Assembly: GCF_018350175.1 (NCBI RefSeq)
Contig: NC_058368.1
Span: forward strand, 43,650,001-43,714,000
Direction of reading: 5' to 3'
Length of the DNA stretch: 64,000 bases
Origin: Felis catus
Taxonomy: Eukaryota
Position numbers and translations under genes: made by a program. The notes beneath the pieces were generated by a model. It was not told the origin of the DNA. It ran no database searches and saw nothing but the letters and a program-made list of their open reading frames with translations. Positions 54,074-64,000 of the stretch are shown piece by piece; within the stretch, counting starts at the first letter, position 1, and every line of letters begins with the position of its first letter.

Positions 54074-55609
54074 CCAATAGTTTATTTCTTGTGTTGTTTC
54101 CCTTGCTTTAGGAAAGATAAATAGAACAATTTTTTCTTCCATTAATAAAGCCCATATTAGTGTTTTCAAAGTTATGCTAACATGTAAGTGTTGCAAAGGA
54201 AAGGATCTTTGTTTTGAACGTTGATGGATTATGCATAGTACAAAGTAGTGGTTAAAAGTATGTGTGGAACAATGTAATCCAATTTATTTTTCGGCAGTGG
54301 AAAAAAATAAACTTCAAAAATGATGTGGATCTAGATACTCTTAGTAAGGAAGACAGAAACTAGGAGGTAGTTACCACTGCAGATTTTGCAACAAAGTGAT
54401 GTTCAAGAAGCAGAACAGAGTACCTGGAAAATATAGGAGGAAATAATAAAGGGGCATTCTTCATCAGTGATACATTTATTGAGTAAAAGTATTCAATGAG
54501 CAGCTGTGTTGTTCCAGGAACTGTTCAGATGTAGAAGATGAAATTATAAGCCGAATCGATCATACCAATAGGCTGTATGAAGCCATTAGGATGAACATGA
54601 GACACAGGAAACTCCAGTATTGAATTTGAATTTGAGAACAGGAATCCAGATTCTGATAGCAAATGGGGAAGAGAATGAGGCCCCTTCCTCAAACTCAGGT
54701 TTGTTTGCTTATTTATTATAGTATTCAACACTTGCAGTTTAAAAAAATCAACCCTAAGCATCATTGCCACCATTCTTCATGAGGTAAATCCACAAAGCCT
54801 ACACACCCTGGAGAACTCTCAGTTGGTAAGTTCTTTCCTTTCTAAGCCAAAGAAAATAGAATGAGAACTCAAATTGAGGGATGCAGCCTTCAAGGATGTT
54901 TCTACTCATAAGTATTTATTGTTTTCTTTTAAACCATTTAGTATTGATTTTCTCACAACCTTAATTTTCTTATTCTATACTGTTTTAAAATCCAATTTTC
55001 AGAATATAACTTAAATTGTTCCTGTGTGTGTGTTTTGTTGTTTTTGTTGTTTTAGTATCTTCAAAGAAGTTCAGTAATTCTGCTGATTGTGAGGGAAAAG
55101 AAAATCTCCCTAGCAAAGGGTTATATGCATTGCATACATCTAATATCTGAGGAATGAGGACTATCTTTTCACATTTTAAGGTGCTTCTTGTACAATTTGT
55201 TATTTAATATTGTAAAAGTGGCCTATGATTTTATGTGTGTTACTCAGAACCCCTTCTTATTTTCATCCATTTAAACTATTTATATTTCAACTATTTATAT
55301 GTCCTCCATTTAAACTATTTATTTTATATTTCAATATTTTATATGTACTTTTTTTTAATGTACATGAAGTGAATCTGTGAGTGTGTTGAATTTAGGGATC
55401 CGATTTTATTTTACTGTATTATAGTCATAGTGACAATCATACAGCACCCTTTATTTTTAAAAAAATCACCTTTTCACTGATCTGCAATGCCAACCTCTCT
55501 GTGTAGATATGTTTCTAGTCTCTTCATTCTGCAACATTGATCTTTTCTCCAACTCTCATTTAACTTCTATATAACCATGTCTTTAGAATTTTCTTGGCCA
55601 TTCTTCGAA

Positions 55610-55825
55610 TATTATTTTTGTTTATTTATTTTTGAGAGAGAGAGAGAAAGAGACAGCACATGAGTGGGAGAGGGGCAGAGAGAGAGGGCGACCTGGAATC
55701 CAAAGCAGGCTCCAGGCTCTGAGCTGTCAGCGCAGAGCCTGATGCAGGGCTCGAATCAACGAAAGGCGAGATCATGACCTGATCCAAAGTCAGATGTTTA
55801 ATCGACTGAGCCACCCAGGTGCCCC
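55610..55825 (-). mobile_element. CanSINE
   Basis: TSD ttggc(c/t)attctt. Confidence 0.95.
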
Positions 55826-56004
55826 TTGGCTATTCTTGATCATCCATCCTCCATCTGGATTTTAGTTTCATTTTGTTAATTTACAAACTCATACCTGGAA
55901 AAAACACAGTTTGCAGTATTTCCAGAAATTAATGTCTTCTAACTCTTTAGTTATGGAAGGGGGAGCCATTTAATAAAATGTGAATTTTAAGAACTTAATA
56001 CAAA

Positions 56005-56200
56005 CATAAATTTGGGGTCAAATACTGCCTCTTTACTCATGAATTCTGTACACTTCGATGAATCTCTTGATTTCTTGGCAGATTATTGTCTTTATCCATA
56101 AAAAGGAGATAATAATCATACCACAGAGTGGTCAAAATTAAACAACATCTTAAAATGTTTGTGCCAGGTAGTCATTTAATAAATGTGGTGTTAGTTATTA
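56005..56200 (+). mobile_element. MIR fragment
   Basis: gggtcaaatactgcctct...tttatccataaaaaggagataataat...gtgccagg. Confidence 0.6.
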
Positions 56201-56989
56201 AAGACATATTTACTCAATACATTGTATTTTCCAGTACTCTAATATATACATACACATTTTTAAGGAAGAAATATACCAGAGGTTTATTGTTTAAACATGG
56301 AATTTATAGGAGAGACTAGTTGAATGTATGCATATTCATAATCACAGAAGTACATTTAAGTGTTGAATTGTAATAAAAAATTGGAAGGAAAACAATAAGG
56401 AAAATACATGGAATAATGAGGTAGTTTAGTGAGAAGAATGGCATTTAACTTGAGACTTCAAGGCTGAATTGGTGTAAAGCAAGTTCAGAATGTATGTGGG
56501 GTACAGATGGGAGAGATGTGTTATCAGTAAAAACATTCTAGAAAGTAAAACAGTATATAAAATCCTTGAGCCAAGAGAGAACTTGCTATTTTACTAAATG
56601 CATCGTGATAATGTGAGGGTTCTCTTTAATTTTATTCTTATATTTAATATGTATATTTCCCCTTCACAAAGAACATGAGAATTACCTTTACTTTAGTTTT
56701 ATTTCTTTACAATGTATCTATATACATCCTATTTTCTAATTATTTAATGTACTTTATAACTAACTTCTTATAAAACCTTCACATTGTAATTGTCTTTAAT
56801 TATAGAGTCCCATTTTCACATAATGATGGAAAAGGTCCTAGGTAGTATTTATCTTCATTAGTTCTCTCTAACATATTTATATGATCAATATAAAATATAA
56901 CATATAGTATACATATTTACAATTACATATTATTAATATATATTTTATAATAAACATAATTATAATCTGTAATTTTTAACAGTGATTAC

Positions 56990-57210
56990 CAGTATAGGTT
57001 TTACAGTGAGACTACCTGGGTTTAAATCTTAGTTCTGCCATTTTAGTAACTGTCTACTGTAGCAAGTTCCTAAACTTGAATATGCTTTTTATATTATTAC
57101 AATACATATTAGTAAAATAATAATAATGTCTAGCTACAGAATGATTGTGAAGTTTTAGGGAGTTAATAAGTGTAAGCAGTGACTTACACTTAACACTAAA
57201 AACTTATAAC
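56990..57210 (+). mobile_element. MIR fragment
   Basis: gactacctgggtttaaatcttagttctgcca...gcaagttcctaaac. Confidence 0.65.
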
Positions 57211-58525
57211 CATTGTTTTCTTACGGTCACTTGAAATGATAAATGTCCTTGTCATTTTGAAAATAAAACAAAGTATTGAGTATACTGAAATCAATAAACT
57301 GCAACCCTTAAATGTCCAGTTTTTGAAGCAATATGCTTCTTATACCATTTAACAAAGGCACTGATACCAAAAGTTACCAAGATTTTATTGAAAACAACAA
57401 TAGCAACTTCAATATCTAAATTGTAGTCTAAGGTGAACAGAATTTTCTTCGTCACTTATATTTATTAATTCAATTAGTTAAAATGCTAAATACCTACTAT
57501 GTGACATACCTTTGATGGCTTTAGTTTCTAAAAAGATCAAACAAATATTTTTCATAATGATGACTGTCCTTGAATTAAAGGAATTTTAAGAAACATGGGA
57601 AAATTTAAAAATATTTGCCATATGAATGCAGATAGTATTATATGTGAGGCATAGGTTTAAGGAATTTTTGAAAATTCCATGATTATCAGTATTTACCAGT
57701 ATGAATTTATATAATGGATTAGGTGTCTCTTTCTTTTCTGAGTAATAAGCTATTTTCAGGATTATTCAGGAATAATCAATGATACATATAAGGATGAAAA
57801 GAATATTATAACTGATCCTCAAATTTTGTAAGTTTGACATTCATATAACTTTAAATTCTGGGATTTCAAAAAAATGTTATAAATCTAATGTTCACCTGTT
57901 AAATTCCCTTCACCCATAATTTGATCAATGAATGCTTTGCTATTTCTTGGAGAAATACTGCCTTCTGGCCATTAGCTTACTTTCCTTAGCTTTTACATGT
58001 TTTTCTGTGTAGCAGTGTTATTAAATTGTTTTTAATTTAATTTTATGTCTGTCTTCTTAAATTTTGCATTTCATGGCTTCTAAATCTAAAATTGAATAAT
58101 AAAATTCTTGCTTCTAGTAATAGGAAGTATAGATTTCAAGCATGCATATAAAAACAAAATCTTTAGATGCACTTGATTCTAAATTTAGAGATCAATCAGA
58201 TGTTTAGGTGTACTAAAATAAATCAATAGCATGTTCAATTTTGAGGAAAAATAACAAATTAAAGAATAATCTGTTTAGAAAACATTTTGTTGAAGATCAT
58301 GTTTGAAAAGTGAAGTAATAATATTGAAATTCTCTGTGAATAGAAATCCTGCTTTACCAATGTCGTATTTGGGTTCAACTTTTACACATTAGTGTTTATA
58401 CACATTTGTGGAGTGAATTACATACAAAAATAGGAAAATATACTTCAGCCTATCTGAGAATTGCTTCTTAAAGAAAATTAAATGAAAAATATTTTGTATA
58501 TACTAGAAATAAAGAAAAAAGCTGA

Positions 58526-58766
58526 GGGGCGCCTGGGTGGCGCAGTCGGTTAAGCGTCCGACTTCAGCCAGGTCACGATCTCGCGCTCCGTGAGTTCGAG
58601 CCCCGCGTCAGGCTCTGGGCTGATGGCTCGGAGCCTGGAGCCTGTTTCCGATTCTGTGTCTCCCTCTCGCTCTGCCCCTCCCCCGTTCATGCTCTGTCTC
58701 TCTCTGTCCCAAAAATAAATAAAAAGGTTGAAAAAAAAAATTAAAAAAAAAAAGAAAAAAAAATAA
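58526..58766 (+). mobile_element. Young CanSINE (SINEC_Fc-type)
   Basis: CpG-rich; TSD aaagaaaaaagctga at 58511-58525 and 58767-58781. Confidence 0.98.
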
Positions 58767-59535
58767 AAAGAAAAAAGCTGAAAGAAATAACAGGACCAAT
58801 ACCTGTCCTTTTTCATATTTCTTTTTGCCTTCATATAGTCAAAAAGTTGAAGATTTGTAGGATATATAACTGAGCTCTGTGACCCTGGGTGACTAAGCTG
58901 ATGTTGAATGTTGGAAAATGTTGTTTTAAAATACCTTAGCCTGAAGAAATCAATTGTTTCATGAATTCTATTTAATTTAGAAAACACAAATGTTAAATCT
59001 ATAAATTCCCTTTCTAAACACCTCTGCTTTCTCCTGCCATTATCTTCTTGACATCATCACAGATTCCATGCCGTTCTTATGTGCTTTCCTTATTAAAATA
59101 ACTTTGCAAACTCCTCTCTTCTTACAATAATTCATAACTTCTCTTTAACTACACCCCACTGTCCTTTGATCTGACTTTTGAATGGATGACTTTACATTGG
59201 TTTATTGTTACATATTTCCAATGCATTTGCAGTTATAAAGAAATTCAGGTCCACATTTTTCTATATAGTAATATATTTTTGTAATGATAGTATATATGTT
59301 ATAATAGATTTCTAGGAATGCAATTAGTATAAGGGATATTTAAACTGCAGATATCCTGATAAAATCGTATTACCAATTATTTTTCCTCTATTTTATCCAT
59401 AAGGTAATCAATAAATATTATTGTTTTAAATGTTTCAAGCAACACAGTTATACAAAGTAAAACAAATTAAATATTATTTTCCTTTCACACTTTCAACAAT
59501 GAGATATTCTGATCTTAAAGGGACATGAATTTTTT

Positions 59536-59753
59536 TAATTTTTTTTTTCAACCTTTTTATTTATTTTTGGGACAGAGAGAGACAGAGCGTGAACGGGGGA
59601 GGGGCAGAGAGAGAGGGAGACACAGAATCGGAAACAGGCTCCAGGCTCTGAGACATCAGCCCAGAGCCTGACGCGGGGCTCGAACTCACGGACCGTGAGA
59701 TCGTGACCTGGCTGAAGTCGGACGCTTAACCGACTGCGCCACCCAGGCTCCCC
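59536..59753 (-). mobile_element. Young CanSINE (SINEC_Fc-type)
   Basis: CpG-rich; TSD gacatgaattttt at 59522 and 59754. Confidence 0.98.
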
Positions 59754-61480
59754 GACATGAATTTTTAATTTTGTTCATCTTGTTCATATTACATAAATAA
59801 GATATATATATATATAAATTTTTGTATATTATCTGTATATCCATCAATATATCCAAAATACCTTACTTTTCTCATAATAAATATTATACCTGGTTTCTTT
59901 TTCTCCTTTATTTCCTGATTATATTTTTTTTGTTATTTCTCTAGAGTTTACAATGTGCATTATTAAATAATCATGGTCTAGATTCCTAATAAAACACTGT
60001 GTCTTCACTATGCTGGAATTAAAATTAAAAACCTAATAAAAATAAATAATATAACATTTCACAAATAGCATAAAACCACGCACCTACTTTTGTTCAACTC
60101 TCCCCTCTCACCATTTGTGCAATTAATTTTATTTCTGCATGCATTATAAACATTACAATAGAATGTCATTGTTTTTAGTCAACCTAATAACCACTTGAGG
60201 AGATTAAAATAATGAACAAATATTTTACATTTTCCCACATATTTAATATTCCCAGGTGTCTGCATTTCTTCATGTAGGCCCATCCAGTATCATTGTTCAC
60301 CTGTGTGAAATACTTACTTTAATATATATTGTAGTCCTAGTTTGCTCACAATTGTTTTTGGCAAGTGAAAAAAGTTTTTATTTTTGCTTTCATTCTTGAA
60401 TTAAAGTATTTTTTCCCCTATGTATAAGATTTTAAGTTATCAAATTTGCTATCAAACTATGTTTATTTATCGCTATCTAATGCCTACTTTTAAGATGTTA
60501 TTTTTATCATTAATTTAAAACATTTTGATTATAATATGCTTTGGTATACTTCTTTTCATCTTTTCTCTCCTTTGGATTCATTGAACTTTTGTTTTCTGTT
60601 TCTTGTATTTTCGAACAAAATAGACATTCAATATTATGTGGAACAGGGCTAGTAAGAGTGGATATGCATGCCTGGCTCTTGAACCTAAGGCATTTATCAC
60701 TCACCATTACTTATTGTAGTAGCTATAGGTTCGTTGTGCATACTATTTACTAGACAGAAAAATTTCCCTACTCCTAGTTTTTGCATAAGTGTGTTAAACT
60801 ATTGACAATTTTTGTCTATCAAGATGATTATATGCTCTTGTAATTTTCTCTGACAATATTGTAAGCTGCATAAATTGCTTTATGAATGATAAGCCAGCCT
60901 CATTTCTGGAATGAACCCCACTTGTTTGAGACTTTTTTTTACATGTTACTGGATTTAATTTGCTAATATGTTGTTAAGGATTTTATGTTGGTGTTCACAA
61001 GAGATATATTTCTATAGTTTTCTTTTCATGTAATGTTTTTATTTTGGTAATAGAGTAATACTGGCTTCATAAAAAGAATTGGGAAATAATACCTAGTTTT
61101 ATATTTTCTAGAAAGAGGTTTTGTAGAATTAGTATTATTGGTACTATGTCATCCTTATATATTGGTGAATGTTACTAGTTAAAACATGGGCATATTTTTT
61201 TTCTTTATTGGAATGAGTTTGGTTAATAATTTGATTTCTTTTTCAGACAGAACTATTCAGGTTAGGTGTTTCTTCTTAATAAAGTTTATGTAGTTTATGT
61301 TCATGAAATTTGTTCATTTCATCTACAAGATCACATTTATGGGCGTAGAGTTGTTTGTGTTATTGCCTTTTTATTTATTAGTGTCTGTGAGATCATTAGC
61401 AATTACTCATTTTTTTAAAAAAGTTGTATTATAATACACGTATAAAACTTTCCATCTTAACCATGTTTAAGCATATACAT

Positions 61481-61692
61481 GGGACGCCAGCATGGCTCAG
61501 TCAGTTGAGCATCTGACTCTTGGTATCAGTCCAGACATGATGTCATGCTCATGAGATCAAGCCTCACATCAGTACTGAGCATAGAGCCTGCTTGAGTTTC
61601 ACTGTCCCTCTCTTTGTGCCCCTCTCCTGCTCGCATATATGCCTGTATGCTTGCTCTCTACATAAACAAACAAACAAACAAACAAACAAACA
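61481..61692 (+). mobile_element. CanSINE (older) with (AAAC)n tail
   Basis: 19-bp direct repeat ttaaccatgtttaagcata at 61457-61475 and 61693-61711. Confidence 0.9.
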
Positions 61693-62499
61693 TTAACCAT
61701 GTTTAAGCATACAGTTCAGTGGCATTGAGTACATTCACTTTGTGGTGAAAGCATCACCACCATTCATTGCTCTTCATTTTGCAAAAGTGAAACCTTATAC
61801 CTACTAAACAACTTCCCATTTTTCTCTCCCCATCATCCCTTGTAACCACCATGCTACTTTTCTGTTCCTATGAATTTTACATTAGCTAGCTCACGTAAGT
61901 GGAATTATATAATATTTTTCACTTTGCGAATTTCCTTATTTTAAATGTTCATAAGTTGTGTTTTAAGGTCCATAATGTGGTCTATCTTGGTAAATGTTCC
62001 AAATATGCTTGGGAAGAATCTATATTCTACTTTTTCTCATTGGAGTATTTTATAAATGTCAACTAGACCAAGTTTATTCATGATACTGTTCATGTAATCT
62101 TTACTCTTGTAGATTTTTTTTGCCTGTTTAAGGTATCAATTATTGGGAGAGTTATATTGAATTTTCTTAACAATGATAAGTTTGTCTATTTCTCCTTTCA
62201 GTTTTTGTCTGTTTCTCTCTATCAGTTTTCTCCTTGCATCTTGATGCTTCATTGTTAGATGCATGTATGTTTAAGATTGTTATGTCTTCTTGGAGAATTG
62301 ACTTCTTTATCATTATGCAATGTACTTCTTTATTTCTGATATTCTTTCTTGTTCTAAAGTCACTTTATCTGAAATTAACATAGCTATTCCAATTTTCTTT
62401 TGAATGGGGATAGCATGGTATATATTTCATCCTCCATTTCTTACCTGAGTCTTTGTAGTTTGTTTCTTGTAAACAGCACATAAGTGAGTCTTGACTTAC

Positions 62500-62705
62500 T
62501 TATTTTTTTAATGTTTATTCATTTTTTTGTGAGACACAGTGTGACTGGGGGAGAGGCAGAGAGAGAGGGAGAGGGAAACAGAAAAGGAGGCAGACTCCAG
62601 GATCTGAGCTGCCAGCACAGAGCTGATGTGGGACTCAAACTCATGAACCGTGAGATCATGTGAGCTGAAGTTGGATGCTTAACCGACTGAGCAACCCAGG
62701 TGCCC
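62500..62705 (-). mobile_element. CanSINE
   Basis: Antisense copy ending gcaacccaggtgccc. Confidence 0.92.
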
Positions 62706-64000
62706 TAAGTCTTTACTTTTAAAATCCATTATGATAATATCTGTCTTTTAACTCATATTTACACCATTTATATTTAAAGAATTATAGATGCAGTTGGAAT
62801 AAAATCTGTCATCTTTGTAAATGTTTTCAATTCTTTGCATTCTTTTTTCTACCTCCTTTTCTGTGTACTCTGATTTTAATTAAACATTTTATTTGATTCC
62901 ATTTTATCTCCTTCTTGACATTTATGCTTCTTAAAAAATAGTGTGTGTTTTAGGATTTACTATATAAATTTGGAAATAAAGCCACCTCTACATAACACCA
63001 TACTGTTTCATTTGTAGTTTGGGTACTTTATGAGAGGTACCAGTCTCATGTTTATTGTGTGTTTTATAAGATTTAAAAATTAATTTTATGACGAAATACA
63101 ACACACTGACACTTGGATAGATGAAAGACTGAATTCTTTGTTGCATACGGCTTCCAACCATAGAAGGCTGCCACTCAGGATCACACAACAGGTTATAAAT
63201 AAGGACAGTGTCACTAGCAAGCTTGAGCTGTAGAGGGCAGAATATATATACGGCAAATGGGGTAGGGTAGTTACATTTCACCAAGCTTTCTGAGGACTGG
63301 CTAATTTGAAACATTTCATGATCTCCAAGGTAGAAAAATTGTTAGTTCTTTAGTACCCAGTCTCAAAATATGGGATACTAATAAGCGAGACAGTTGGTGA
63401 ATGTGCCTGGGAAGGATAATTAAAAGTTTTTAACCATAAATTCAAAGCTGGGTCATGACTGTACTTTTGAAATATTATGTTACAATTGACACCTTGATAT
63501 CTTGACATAATTGTTCACTTTTGAGCTTGATTATGTGGGATTATTTCATTGACCTGAATAGTAAAGGAGACTTCCAGAGGGTAGGGCATGGTTGCCCTAA
63601 AAACACATAAAAAACGTTTTGTGACAGTAAAAAGAAACCAAGTAGAAGCATGAAGAGTCCCTGACAGCTAATTAGTAGCCAAGCTCCTCTGTTTGGTTTT
63701 AATCAGGAGAAAAAAAATCCAGTCACAACATGGGCCTTCAATAATATTCTGGTTGAATTATGGAAAGTGTTAAAGGTGTGGGTTATTTATTATTTTTTAG
63801 GGTGATAATTTAGGGTATATTTATTATACTAATAATAGTGAATATTTGTCTGCTTATTTGTTTTTATTCATTATGTCTTTATATTTTATTTAAGTTGTTG
63901 GGTCAATTTATTTTGTTTATTGAATATTGAACACTGTGTATTAAAAATTGTAAAGATTGGGTTTTTTTTAATTTAGTGATTCATCACTTAACATATAAAG

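Larger units (their letters stand above)
52491..54130 (-). mobile_element. Carnivore L1 3' part (ORF2 C-terminus plus 3' UTR), antisense to the adjacent 5' part
   Basis: Collinear with 20960-22075; antisense [27 protein letters not shown]. Confidence 0.93.
59880..63040 (-). mobile_element. Patchwork of old L1 (L1MC/L1MD-like) fragments with a nested L1 3' end at about 61410-61935
   Basis: Antisense ORF2 phrases: tttaatttgctaatatgttgttaaggatttt, ggtctatcttggtaaatgttcca, ttgttctaaagtcactttatctgaaattaa. Confidence 0.75.

Noticed and set aside
54470..54775. Short protein-like frames (DVEDEIISRIDH...) and an 82-aa minus-strand ORF
   Set aside because: Starts in an L2-like 3' end relic; no recognisable domain or coherent splice structure
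58550..58987. 145-aa ORF and similar ORFs with MAQSV.../GAPGW... peptides
   Set aside because: Read-through of CanSINE sequence; the same peptides recur at many SINE copies
63090..63440. Possible old LTR fragment
   Set aside because: Composition is suggestive, but I could not define termini, TSD or family
1..64000. A novel multi-gene system, CRISPR-like array or endogenous non-retroviral insert
   Set aside because: No long non-repeat ORF, no regular repeat-spacer array and no compositionally foreign block beyond recognisable transposon classes

Overview
AT-rich mammalian DNA from a carnivore, almost certainly a felid. The evidence is about 30 tRNA-derived CanSINE copies, including young SINEC_Fc-type copies, plus carnivore-type L1 3' UTRs. 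The window looks intergenic or deep-intronic. It is a layered mosaic of SINEs, L1s of several ages, solo LTRs (ERV1, MaLR, ERVL), L2/MIR relics and microsatellites. I found no convincing protein-coding gene, RNA gene or novel biological system. Most listed ORFs are repeat-derived or chance frames, and the only real coding remnants are disabled L1 ORF1/ORF2 pieces. The most notable signals are structural: a rearranged L1 (ORF2 deletion plus an antisense 3' part inside one 14-bp direct repeat), two different SINEs at the same L1 position, closely spaced inverted SINE pairs, a SINE with a multiplied B-box, template-switch palindromes, a young ERV1 solo LTR and one weak candidate exon. Repeat family names come from visual recall of consensus sequences and need RepeatMasker/Dfam confirmation.
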